Source: an uncultured Methanoregulaceae archaeon
Lineage (GTDB): Archaea; Halobacteriota; Methanomicrobia; Methanomicrobiales; Methanospirillaceae
DNA: 64,000 nucleotides
Direction of reading: 5' to 3'
Assembly (NCBI GenBank): GCA_963701095.1
Contig: OY969564.1
Coordinates: forward strand, 2,048,001-2,112,000
This document shows positions 53,290 through 63,989 of the stretch, one piece after another; positions within the stretch are counted from its first letter, which is position 1; each line of letters starts with the position of its first letter. The notes beneath the pieces are model-generated. The model was not told the origin of the DNA. It was given only the letters and a program-made list of their open reading frames with translations, and did no database searches. Both the position numbers and the translations under genes were made by a program.

Positions 53290-53431
53290 AGGGCAAGCAC
53301 TCGCTGAACTCTGTGTCATCACCGGAAAAATGCCTAACGAGTTAGGTCATATCGATCCTTTTGACGAAGGATTCATGATCGCTGCATTAACGGAAAGGCA
53401 CAACAAACAAGTGAAAAATGCCGGATTATGA
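53273..53431 (+). CDS. +1-frame extension of the tail chaperone (T part of GT)
   Basis: FAKSPRGQALAELCVITGKMPNELG..., entered via TTT-CGC. Confidence 0.65.
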   Translation, partial: FAKSPRGQALAELCVITGKMPNELGHIDPFDEGFMIAALTERHNKQVKNAGL

Positions 53432-53553
53432 CCCTGTTAACTTGTTATGTAACGATCAATTTTCCAACCACTGAAAAAAATTCTCGATCCCTCACCAAGT
53501 TAACTGATCCAATCTTCATAATTGTTTTATAAGTTTGATATCTATTCTTCCAT

Positions 53554-54321
53554 ATGACGTTAGAAATTGATAACGGAGTTGTTATTTATTTAGATGCTCT
53601 CGGTATTTCGAAATACACAGATACTGCCCAATTTTTGGATTTTATTTGTGAAATCAAAAAAATGAAAATTAGAGCCCAATATGTTTGGAACAAATGGAAG
53701 GATAAATTCGAAAAAGAAGAAGTCATGTTGCCTGATCCCAAAATCGCTATTTTCCAAGATTCCATTATAATTTGTTTCCCAGATAAAGTGAAAAAAGACA
53801 ATACTTTGCATAATTTTTTTGCCGCTCAAAATTGGTTAATGGCTGCTTATTTCGTAGCAATAGAAAAGGGATTATTTTTTCGTGGTGCAATCTCTTGTGG
53901 TGAATATATTTATGATGAAACCGAGGGAGGAATAGCGGTTTTGGGAGCACCAGTTGTCGAAGCGATCAATTATGAGAAAAAAGGTGATTGGATCGGTGTA
54001 ATTCAAACAGATTATTTTCAGGAACAATATATGAAGGCTCTAGTCCAGTATGCTTCTGCTCATAAACTGGATTTAGAAGATGTCGTTCAAGGATACAATC
54101 GATTTTATGTCAAATATGAGGTTCCAATAAAAGATAATAGAAAATCAGAACATTATGTTGTAAATTGGCCGACAATTTGGAAAAGTGTCGGAACCGATAT
54201 ATTAAAAACATTCCTCACAAAAGCTCGTGACGAAACTGAAAATGGCGAAGACAAGAAAAAATATGATAATACCATTGATTTCGTAAAATATTGTGAAAAG
54301 CATCGCTTCTTTTTGCAATAG
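53554..54321 (+). CDS. class III nucleotidyl-cyclase-like protein
   Basis: YLDALG, FQDSII, FRGAISCG, LGAPVVEA; AT-rich. Confidence 0.6.
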   Translation: MTLEIDNGVVIYLDALGISKYTDTAQFLDFICEIKKMKIRAQYVWNKWKDKFEKEEVMLPDPKIAIFQDSIIICFPDKVKKDNTLHNFFAAQNWLMAAYFVAIEKGLFFRGAISCGEYIYDETEGGIAVLGAPVVEAINYEKKGDWIGVIQTDYFQEQYMKALVQYASAHKLDLEDVVQGYNRFYVKYEVPIKDNRKSEHYVVNWPTIWKSVGTDILKTFLTKARDETENGEDKKKYDNTIDFVKYCEKHRFFLQ

Positions 54322-54352
54322 TTGGCGCTGGACGAGCACTTTTATACATTTT

Positions 54353-55606
54353 CTACATTCGTGATGCGACTATATCCGCATAGGGCTGAGCATCGCTTAT
54401 AGACAATGTATTGTAAAGGCTGCCAATTCCACCTTCTCCATATTGAATGGTTACAATAACATTAGCCTTTCTAAATATCACATAAGCCGAATCTTCTGAA
54501 ACATATCCGAAACCCTCATCCCCTTCATTTACAGATTCGACCTTATAATCCGTAACCTTCGCCTTTGTTTGATCATATGACGTCACGGCATCAGCAATTG
54601 AAGAATTTTCTTGAATGGTTTGGTACACCGTATATGCCGATGAAATTCCTTGAACTTGAACAAACTCACTATTGTAGGAATTTCCCGTGGTTTTGGGTTC
54701 TGATAAGACTTTCCATCCAGTCGGAAGATCATTAATTGTCAATGCCATCGAAGCGGGACTATTTGTTATTACCGTTTCTGAAGAACTACCACTCGATGAA
54801 GAACCATTTACTGCTCCCGGATGTGAGGCAAAATAACCAAAAATGATCAGAATTAATAGAAAAAATGCCACACCTATGATTGCTATTCCGAGTTTTGAGC
54901 CGGATTTTCTGCCAACATTATTCTGAATGTGGGGTTGATTGTGGTAATTATCATCTCCCTCCACATCGCCACTGTTGATTCTAACAGCCGCATGATATGC
55001 GTCATACATGCTATATATCCATATTATGAACAATGGAATGATCCCGATGGCAATTATACATAAAATTGCTGAAAAAAATGCGAGCACAAATAAAACAATT
55101 CCCTTTTTCCATTGGTCTGTGTAGCACTGTCCTGCACCGGGAATGAAAAATGAAACCAATACCGCCAAAAAGGGACTTTTTTCTTTCAGTATAATGCGAT
55201 TCTGTTTTCTCTCTGACTTTTCAATCTTATTGGGAACAGACACTCTCGGAGTAGGAGATCCCTTGAGATACGCGCCACAGGAATTACAGTAATACCTCCC
55301 TGCTTCGACAATTGCTCCGCATTCAGGACAGGCATTCCCGTTAATTGTAGATTGGCGCTTTACATTCTGTTCCGACACTGGTTGTTTCGCTACGGGGGGT
55401 GAATTTACAGGTTGATATATCGGCAACGGTGAACCACAGACGTTACAAAATAAAGATTCCCCTCGTAAAATTTTTGCACCACATTTCGGACAAAAGGTAT
55501 TATCTTGTCTCGGAATGCTTTCTGTTAATTTCGTCCCACATTTATTGCAAAACATCGATTGGTCATCAATCGGCTGTGTTCCACATTTGGGGCAGATTTT
55601 TACCAT
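54353..55606 (-). CDS. zinc-ribbon membrane protein with extracellular C-terminal domain
   Basis: three double-CxxC ribbons, KSPFLA..S.FIPGAGQ.Y TM2-like segment, a further TM helix. Confidence 0.8.
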   Translation of the reverse strand: MVKICPKCGTQPIDDQSMFCNKCGTKLTESIPRQDNTFCPKCGAKILRGESLFCNVCGSPLPIYQPVNSPPVAKQPVSEQNVKRQSTINGNACPECGAIVEAGRYYCNSCGAYLKGSPTPRVSVPNKIEKSERKQNRIILKEKSPFLAVLVSFFIPGAGQCYTDQWKKGIVLFVLAFFSAILCIIAIGIIPLFIIWIYSMYDAYHAAVRINSGDVEGDDNYHNQPHIQNNVGRKSGSKLGIAIIGVAFFLLILIIFGYFASHPGAVNGSSSSGSSSETVITNSPASMALTINDLPTGWKVLSEPKTTGNSYNSEFVQVQGISSAYTVYQTIQENSSIADAVTSYDQTKAKVTDYKVESVNEGDEGFGYVSEDSAYVIFRKANVIVTIQYGEGGIGSLYNTLSISDAQPYADIVASRM

Positions 55607-55728
55607 TAAATCACATGGGAACTTCAGTTGTCTATATGATTAATATTTTGTTTTTTAATTGATTCTCTTTATAGAATACATAGAACCCGATATACGAAGT
55701 CGTTTAATTTCTTTAAAGATCCCCACAT

Positions 55729-55767
55729 TGCCCTATATTATGAATTATCTTTAGATTCGGTAACAGG
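55729..55767 (+). promoter_or_regulatory. putative viral late promoter, copy 3
   Basis: TGCCCTATATTATGAATTATCTTTAGATTCGGTAACAGG-ATG. Confidence 0.6.
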
Positions 55768-56823
55768 ATGCCGGATTATAACGTGAAAGTTGTCGTGGAC
55801 GTGCAGGGCAAGAAAGTCATGGATGAGCTAGCGAAAAGCGCTGGCGACAAATCCAAATCCCTCAGCGGTGCCATCGGTTCTGCGACTGCTGATGTTTCGA
55901 AAGGCAAAGATATCGGATCGGTTTTTGCGACATTGATTAAGGCGATCATGCCTCTCACAGCGGTTTTAGGGGTGGGGGTCGGTTTACTGACTTTAGCAGT
56001 TGGCAATTCCAAAATCCTTAATTCAATCTTTGGAACTATCGGGAAACTGCTCGGCTTCCTCGTCGATATTATCCTGTTACCCTTAATGCCGTTCTTTATC
56101 CAGCTCGTGAATTTCATGTACCAGATGATCCTCGCGTTCCGGGCATTTACCAAGAACCTGAGCGGGCAGGGTGCGATTGCATTCCTTGTCAGTATGGCCC
56201 TTCTTGGACCAGCCGGATGGCTTGAGTCTCTCATTATCGCATGGCTCGCCAGTTCTAACAGCCCCCTCAAAGGTGCGCTTAATTTCACTCTCGGAATCCT
56301 GCAAGGTGTCGGCGGCTGGCTCTGGTCGGTCGGTCAATGGATCTGGGGTGCTGGGGGCAAAGTAGTGAACAGCGCGATATCGGTTTTAATCAATATCGGT
56401 TCCGCGATCACCGGGTTTTTGAGCGGCATTACGTCGCTGGGGTCAACCATCCTGCAATGGATCTTTGGCCTTGTCACCCCGCAAAACACCTCGCTCACCT
56501 TAAACTTCATCGCAAACCTCGTAGGCGATGCATGGACTACGCTTTCCAATCTTGCACATGCCGGGGTCTCGTTCATTTCAAACGGGCTCAGCCAACTCGG
56601 CCTGAACCTCCCGTCGCTTGATTCCGGGGGTGCCGTCATGCAGACCGGTGTTGCCGTAGTGCACAAGGGAGAGACGTACAGCGGCGTGAATGGGAACGTG
56701 AACACCGGCGGTGGAGGAAACACGTATAATTTCTATTACCAGGGGACGTTCAAATCGGACAGCGACCTTTTCAACTGGTTCATGCAGCAGATGCGCCAAC
56801 AGGGCCGGGGGCTTAAACTGTGA
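55768..56823 (+). CDS. tail tape measure protein (short)
   Basis: amphipathic G/A/W-periodic helices; C-terminal LPSLDSGG.V..TG.AVVHKGE. Confidence 0.78.
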   Translation: MPDYNVKVVVDVQGKKVMDELAKSAGDKSKSLSGAIGSATADVSKGKDIGSVFATLIKAIMPLTAVLGVGVGLLTLAVGNSKILNSIFGTIGKLLGFLVDIILLPLMPFFIQLVNFMYQMILAFRAFTKNLSGQGAIAFLVSMALLGPAGWLESLIIAWLASSNSPLKGALNFTLGILQGVGGWLWSVGQWIWGAGGKVVNSAISVLINIGSAITGFLSGITSLGSTILQWIFGLVTPQNTSLTLNFIANLVGDAWTTLSNLAHAGVSFISNGLSQLGLNLPSLDSGGAVMQTGVAVVHKGETYSGVNGNVNTGGGGNTYNFYYQGTFKSDSDLFNWFMQQMRQQGRGLKL

Positions 56824-57248
56824 CGTATGTCTGCACGCTCCGGAATTCTACCGGTTCCGTTGTGGTGAATTTCAATAATACCTATTATGAGGGCGACGGC
56901 CCGCAGCTGTCGCTGGTCAATGATGTCGCAGTCCTGGACGCCCCGTATGATGCCAACGGGAATACCCAAAGCCTCCTGACCGATCTCAAATACTGCACCG
57001 ATCAGTGGACGCTCCGGGGACAATTCAAAGACGGCCTGGGAAACCTTGACTGGAACACACCGGGCTCGACCAATGCGGAAAAACTGCTTGCATTATTCAA
57101 GCTCGAGATTGTTCCCTTAACGCTCACGTGGCCGGTAGCGACAAAAACCCAGACCTGCACAATATTCCGGCTCACTATCGGGGAACAAGGCGCCTATGGG
57201 AATACGGTGACCTTTGATATCGGGTTACAGATGGTGGCAGGGACGTAA
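56820..57248 (+). CDS. distal tail protein-like
   Basis: position after the tape measure; beta-rich. Confidence 0.55.
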   Translation: MTYVCTLRNSTGSVVVNFNNTYYEGDGPQLSLVNDVAVLDAPYDANGNTQSLLTDLKYCTDQWTLRGQFKDGLGNLDWNTPGSTNAEKLLALFKLEIVPLTLTWPVATKTQTCTIFRLTIGEQGAYGNTVTFDIGLQMVAGT

Positions 57249-57263
57249 ATTGAGGGAATTTCT

Positions 57264-59839
57264 ATGACGATCACGGTTAATTTTGACAGTTTACCTAGGA
57301 CGATCTATGCTGAACCGGGAAGTACAGTAAGTGTCCGGTGTGTGGACCAGAGCGCGACAACCAACGGCGTTATCAATCAATGGCGGTGGTGGCTGAATAA
57401 TCCGCAGATATTCACGACAGATAGTTCAGGTACGAATCTCCGGATAACCGGTGGAAGCACCTATTTTGCGGTCGGGGACACGGTTATTCTCAGCACGACC
57501 AACGCACTCCCGAGCGGGTTAAATTTCCTCAGTACAGCCTACTATGTCAAAACGGCGAGCTATTACGGGATCACCCTTTCCCTTACTCCGGGGGGTTCAA
57601 CGGTAACGTACACTCCAGGTACAGGATCGGGTACCTTTCTCGTCCAGATGGGGAGCAATTTACAGAATCCCACTTTTCCGTTTAGGAATATTGTGCCGGG
57701 AACCGTCGGGGTCTCACTGAGCGTGAATGATTCCGGGGGTACCGGATGGACTACGCTCACGCAATCAGCGCAGATCGTTATCCAGACCGGAGACTATGCA
57801 CCACCTTCACACCTTTCCGCATGCGGGAATATCTCCATTTTTGTGTACGAGCGGTCATCACAACCCTCTCCGAAATCGACCTGCATCTGCCGGGGCCCGA
57901 CCACGGCAAGCAACCTCTTTTTCCAAAACCTCTGGATGGAGGGTGCGATCACCAAAGCCGGAAGGGCTACCTTCGATATCGTGAACGGCGGGAACGCGAC
58001 AGCCAATGAGATCGACCTTTTTGAGTCCACTACGGTAGGCACCTACAAGAATATCGCCGTGGTGGCAGGATTTGATGTCATCTGGTCCGGGAAGATCACG
58101 GTTGCGACAAAAGAGCTTAAGAGCCAACCGGGATCTGCCAAACAACGGGCGGTGTATCACTGCCAGGCCGATTCTGATATTTACAAACTCCAGGACTGGA
58201 ATATCGCTACCCCGGCAACCGTGACCGGCCAGACTCCAGGGCAGATTGTCGCGGATATCCTTGCCCTTAATCCCGGAGAACCGGATTTCATCGGGGGATA
58301 CCGGGGCGGTTTTATCGATAAATCCGGTCTGAAAATGCAGATGGCACTGACGAGTGCCGATAAATATACCGCATTCTCCCAGCTTATGGCTGCCGTCGAT
58401 TTTGATTGGCGGACCCGCATGGAAACGATGCTGTTCCAGTACGCAACCTTCGATGGAACGGGTACGGTAACGATCGCTTCCGCCGGCCTTACTGCGGGAG
58501 CACTGGTCGGGCAATGGCTTTTATTCCCGACCAATTATTGTCGCAGCGCAGGAGCATTTTCAAACCAGAATATGATTGGAATTCTGTCGTGGGGTATTAT
58601 CACCGCAAATACGGCAACGACTATTACCGCGACACTCACTAATCCTGCTGCCATCCCGCTTGGCAACGATAATTGCCTTGTTGTGAACGTCCCGCGTCTG
58701 GACTTTTCCAGCGACCTTACTGAACCTACTGCCGTCAGGACATTCACCAATAATGTGGATGCGGTGCAGTTCGCCGACTCTTCTAACAAAACCAATTTGT
58801 TCACGAAAGTTACCGTGCAGGGTCAGGATGCAATTACCGGGCTGATGACCTCGGCAAGTATTGCCGCCGTTACACCATTTAATAATGCAAAATCCTCGTT
58901 CACCAACGCCTCTTTTATCACCTATAAGACGATGGGGTATGTCTACAGTCAGGACGGTACCTATCTCTATTTAGAGGGTTGGGATTGGGCGTTGCCTATC
59001 ACCGGGGATACCTATATCACCGTTCTCTTTCCGAGTACAAGTGGCGCAGGTGGGGGTTCAGCTAAAATATCTGCAACATCGCAGATTGTGATGGGGAACC
59101 AGAAAGTGACCAAAGTTTCCTTTACTGCCAACTGGGGCTTCCAGGTATCTCCAGGTACCATTGCGTTTTTATCAGGATATTTCCCCAACTATGCCACAGG
59201 ATCGTTTGGACTTTGTATTTTCGTGAAAAGTTACGCGGATCTCGGGTTTACTATCAACGGACCTAACCCTACCGTGAAAATCGGTGACGATATATTGACC
59301 TCAGTTACCGGACCGGGTGCGGTACAAACGCACTGTATGGCGATTATATCGTTCTGACTGAGCCCGTTGCAACAGCATTACCGATTGCGCATTATCCCGG
59401 GTGTATTGTCTGGAATGCATCGGCATATAATGAGACAAGCGCTGCAGCAGGTTCCCCGGTGCAAGTTCACGGGATTATAAATAACAATCTTGCGGGAGCC
59501 GCAGGGACATCCAAGTCAAATTTTGAAGTATTGGCCTGTAGTACGCTTATCCAGGGATGCGAGTATTACCAGCAATCTACAATGGTCGTCGGTTTTTTCA
59601 ATTATACTCTGTTCCGTGTTCGGGATGGCGCCCAGATTATGACCTATGCATTTATCCGGGAGGGCCAACGAATCACTATTATTCCCTACACCGGTGCAAC
59701 CCCGGTAGATCGCCAGGTTATTATCTGGGATTTCGACGCGAATATGATGCAGGTCTCTCTCACTCTCGGCGATTACCCCCATTCTGTGTACAACACGATT
59801 GCCAAGACCCTTTCAGCGACCCAGAACCCGGTAAATTGA
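57264..59839 (+). CDS. tail tip / baseplate hub protein (frameshift near 59320)
   Basis: PKD-like N-terminus, VIWSGKI, FTKVTVQG; reading continues into the 59459 ORF ending VSLTLGD. Confidence 0.72.
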
Positions 59840-59881
59840 CCGGAAAAATCTATTTATCATCGTTTTTTAAATACTGAAGTA

Positions 59882-60226
59882 ATGGTCAGAAGGTCAAAAA
59901 AATTTAGATATTCGTTAAATAATAGTCAGTTATGTCCTATGGGAATTGTAGATTCCTGGGATTTCCTTCTTATTCACCCTCTTGTAAAAAAATATCTTCT
60001 GGAACAAAAAAGCCAAGACCCTCAAAGGAGAATGCCGTATAGTGTATCGACGACAAAGGTTCTGGATTATATTGATGAAAATCCCACCATGAAAAGCCAC
60101 CGGATTGTCAGGATGGAATGGTGCATAAACCATTCCCTGCGGGAATTCGGTTATCGTAAGGACTCTGTGGCGGGTCGGTCGTACTCGCTGACGAATATCG
60201 GCGTGATTGTACCGGTAACCGCATAA
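59882..60226 (+). CDS. hypothetical protein
   Basis: 114-aa ORF. Confidence 0.45.
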   Translation: MVRRSKKFRYSLNNSQLCPMGIVDSWDFLLIHPLVKKYLLEQKSQDPQRRMPYSVSTTKVLDYIDENPTMKSHRIVRMEWCINHSLREFGYRKDSVAGRSYSLTNIGVIVPVTA

Positions 60227-60277
60227 AAGAATGCTGATCCTATCTTCACAAAATCTCGTGAAATACTTATCAACAAA

Positions 60278-60787
60278 TTACTTTTTTCTTTTCTGAAAAA
60301 CCTTTGAAATATTTCGATTCAATGCTTCAACTGCATCTTCGGAAAGAGGCAAATTTATTTCTGTTACAATTTCATCTTCGGTTTCCGAATCAATCAAACG
60401 TCGTGATGTAATTTTAAATTTTGCAGTTCCATGAAATTCTCTTTTTTGTCTGGATTTTAGTATAGTTATCATAAGTTCGACAACGGATTTCACTAAGACA
60501 ATTGATGCTGTACCTAACCCGAGGTAAATAATAATTTCTGGACCACTTTCATGACATTCCAAAACAAATTTTTCATTATTCTGTTCGATTAAGACTGCAC
60601 CTTCATTTTTAATCGGCCCAGCTGGAAAGATGAACTCATTTATTTCGCCCCATGTTCCCGGCCAATGATCAAAGCAACAACAACCACCGTTCGAGGGAGA
60701 AATTTTTATGGAAATGTAATCTGTGTAATTTTCAGGTGTATTCAACAATTGGATCGCGATATCCAAATTTCTTTTTAGGCTAGCCAT
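60278..60787 (-). CDS. AT-rich hypothetical cargo protein
   Basis: GGCCCFDHW, HESGPEI, one hydrophobic helix. Confidence 0.6.
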   Translation of the reverse strand: MASLKRNLDIAIQLLNTPENYTDYISIKISPSNGGCCCFDHWPGTWGEINEFIFPAGPIKNEGAVLIEQNNEKFVLECHESGPEIIIYLGLGTASIVLVKSVVELMITILKSRQKREFHGTAKFKITSRRLIDSETEDEIVTEINLPLSEDAVEALNRNISKVFQKRKK

Positions 60788-60857
60788 TATGTTACCTTCG
60801 ATTGTTAAATTAATCGCAAACTCATGAGCAGATTAATTTTTCCCTCCGATCAGAGTC

Positions 60858-61530
60858 TTAGAATAGCCCCTTTAATCTCTCAATCAAATGCTCATCATCG
60901 GCTTCCGGCTTGTTCACCCGTTCCGACACCGGGTACGCTTCCATTCTCTCGGCCGGATACTGCGCAAGGATCCGGTTGATATCTTCAGAAGGAATCGGAT
61001 CGCGGGATGACCATTGTATCTCGTCATCCTGCCGGAGAATTACTGGCATCCGGTCATGGAGAGGGGCAACCAATTCGTTGGCAGCGGTCGTGATGATCGT
61101 ATACGTCTGGAGGATTGTTCCCGCAGGATTGCTCCAGATATCGTAAAGCCCGGCAAAGCTGAAAAACCGGGTCGTCTTTTACGTGGATATAGAAAGGAAC
61201 TTTGTGACCGGCCTCTTTTTTCCATTCAAAGAACCCGCTCGCTGGCACGAGACAGCGTCGTGATTTCAGGAGATCCCGGAACATCGGTTTCTCTGTGAGA
61301 TTTTCTGACCTGGCATTGATGGGCCGGTGCGTCTCCGTAATGTCTTTTGCCCAGTGCGGAACAAGCCCCCACTGCATCATTACTACTTCTGCCCGCTCGT
61401 GAGCAACGATAACCGGATTCGTGCTGCCGGGGGCAATATTGAAATGAGACCGGAAACCGAGGGTAGGATCTAGGAGTCGGAATCTCCCGCAGAGATCATC
61501 AATACACCAAAGCGAGTACCGGCCACACAT
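60858..61530 (-). CDS. SRAP (HMCES/YedK-like) abasic-site protein, two apparent indels
   Basis: MCGRY N-terminus, FNIAP, WGLVP, INARSE, GFFEW, HDRMPVIL. Confidence 0.9.
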
Positions 61531-61575
61531 GATAACCGTTCATTCTCTTACGGGATTAAAAACAATTGGACTTTG

Positions 61576-61890
61576 CTAAGCTTGTTTAAGAAGGAAGAAC
61601 TCCCGCCTTTTCTTCCAATCACGTGCAAGATTTTTGAACTTTTTTTTGCGCTCAGGGTCTTTAATCTGTTTGATAAAATCCGGACAGGTTACACGGTCCA
61701 TAGAATCGCATACCCGTTGATAATCTCGTTTTACCTCCTCCCATTTACGAAGCAGGGCATCCTGTTTACGTTGGAGCTCATCCAATTCTTCTCGGCGTTG
61801 CTTCTGTTCTGATTGGAGGTAAAGAAGTTGGAAGTCATGTAAAGCCAATTCTCTTCGAATCTCCGGAAAGTTATAATCGACCAATATCAC
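61576..61890 (-). CDS. small coiled-coil hypothetical protein
   Basis: 104 aa, highly charged helical composition. Confidence 0.5.
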   Translation of the reverse strand: MILVDYNFPEIRRELALHDFQLLYLQSEQKQRREELDELQRKQDALLRKWEEVKRDYQRVCDSMDRVTCPDFIKQIKDPERKKKFKNLARDWKKRREFFLLKQA

Positions 61891-62044
61891 TCACCCGAAA
61901 CAATCTTTTCTTTTATTGTAAATACAACAAACACTTTCACACCGCTCAGGGCCGGATCTTTATTCCCTTCAGTGCAGCAGGGATCCGGTGCTATGCAAAT
62001 CAAGATCCTCGACCACCCGTACCATGACACACAGGAGAAGGATC

Positions 62045-63989
62045 GTGTGGATCCTTGACTCCGCGTACCGGGACCGTGGTATTGATCTGTGGACAAATGA
62101 CGGTACCGTAACAAAAACCCATTACGATTACCAGCCGCCTTTTTACGTCCACTTCCACGACCCTCACGCTCACCATGAGATGATCGAAGCACTGGAAGAG
62201 CGGTACGGTGCGGAGGAGTGCACCATCAAAACCATCTTTGGCGAACTCCCCGGGTTTGCGGTCACTGCAGGCCGGGATGTGGCCGAAGCGATAGAACGTC
62301 AGGCACAGTTCGACATCGATATCTTCAACGTGGACGTGCGCCGGGACCAGCGGTTCATGGCCGAACGTGGAATCTTCCCGTGTGAGGGTGATGGTGATGA
62401 CCGGTTTTCCCCGGAGATTACACATAATCTTACCGTAATGGAGATTAGCATCCAGGGCAACCCGGCACTCTCCTCGCAGTTCACGGAAATTGAAGTAAAG
62501 GGGATCCACACAGAACGGCTCACCGGTGAAAACCAGGAAGTCCTAGCGGCACTCTTCGGGCTCGTCAGTTCTCTTGACCCTGAGGTAATCCTCATGCCGG
62601 ATGCCGATACCTGGATGCCGAAGATCCGGAAACTGGCAAAACAATATGATCTGGTCATGCCTTTCTCGCGGAACGGCAAGTACCGGCAGATGGATGCCCG
62701 CTCGTACTGGAGTTACGGCAGAATGGAACACAAGGAATCCGCACTCATTCCGGACGGGCGTATCCTGATCGATACCGAACAATCGTTCGTGTACCGTGAA
62801 GGCGGTTTGGAAGCAGGACCTCATGGCCGCCCGGCTTGCAGGGCTCTCGCCGAACTTAGCGTCCCGGTTCACGCCCGGAACGCTCATCAGCAGCTACGAA
62901 GTCTACGAAGCAGTAAAACAAGGGATTGCAGTGCCGTTCCGCAAAAGGGATCCGGAGCAGAGCCGTAAGCTTTCAGTTCTACAGGCCGCCGACCGGGGCG
63001 GTATGATGTATCAGCCGAAGCCAGGGACGTTTGAGAATGTTGAGGAGATCGATTACACCTCCATGTATCCCTCCATCATCGTAAAAGCGAACCTCTCTCC
63101 GGAAACGGTCGGGCATCAGGAGCGTGTGGGATTCCTTCCCGCTGTGCTCAAGCCGCTGCTCGATCTCCGTATCAAGACCAAGCGACTCAAGAAGACCGAT
63201 CCACGGTTTGCCGGTACGGATGCAATTCTCAAGTGGATGCTCGTCACCTGCTTTGGGTACACAGGCTACAAGAATGCAAAGTTCGGTAGAATCGAAGTGC
63301 ATGAAGGGATCACAGGCCGTTCCAGGGAAATCTTGATACAGACCAAGGATATTGCCGAGAAGATGGATTTCCGGGTACTGCACGGGATTGTTGACTGCCT
63401 CTGGGTACAGGGATCACCGATCAAAGCACTCAAGGAACGGGTCGAGCGTGAAACCGATCTGCTCCTTGAGGTTGACCACTTCGATTGGATCGTCTTCCTC
63501 CCTCTCGCGGATGGTTTTGGAGCCTATAACCGGTATTACGGCAGGCAACCAGATGGCAGTATCAAGGTTCGGGGGATTGCCGCCAGAAGGCATGATACGG
63601 CGGAATACGTGCGCGAGATGCAGCGCCGGATGCTGGATGTCATGGCCCGGGCAAAAACAATCACAGAACTCAAAGCGACACAGGATGAAGTAACAGCGAT
63701 TTACCGGGAAACGATAAACAACCTACCGGCAGCGGACCCAAAGGAAATGATGATCAACCGCCGGATTAGCCGGCTCACATATGCGCACCGGTGCATTGAA
63801 GGTGCAGCAGTTCAGGCGCATCGGGATCATGGGATGGAGATTGCTCCCGGCATGAAGATCCAGTACGTGGTGACCGATGCTCAGCGATACAAGGTGGAAC
63901 CTTCTTGGCGCGCGTCATCGTTTGATCTTGGGTATTACAGGGAATTGATCGATAAGGCATATGCTGAGATCAAGTTTGCATTTTCCTAA
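62045..63989 (+). CDS. family B DNA polymerase, PolB2-type (frameshift near 62815)
   Basis: [29 protein letters not shown] in place of YGDTDS; AGGAG RBS before GTG. Confidence 0.85.

Larger units (their letters stand above)
21254..60226. mobile_element. integrated head-tail archaeal provirus (siphovirus-like); right end uncertain and may extend past the window
   Basis: integrase, regulators, terminase, portal, protease/capsid, head-tail and tail genes in canonical order. Confidence 0.92.

Noticed and set aside
57264..59839. diversity-generating retroelement target
   Set aside because: No reverse transcriptase or TR/VR repeat pair was seen
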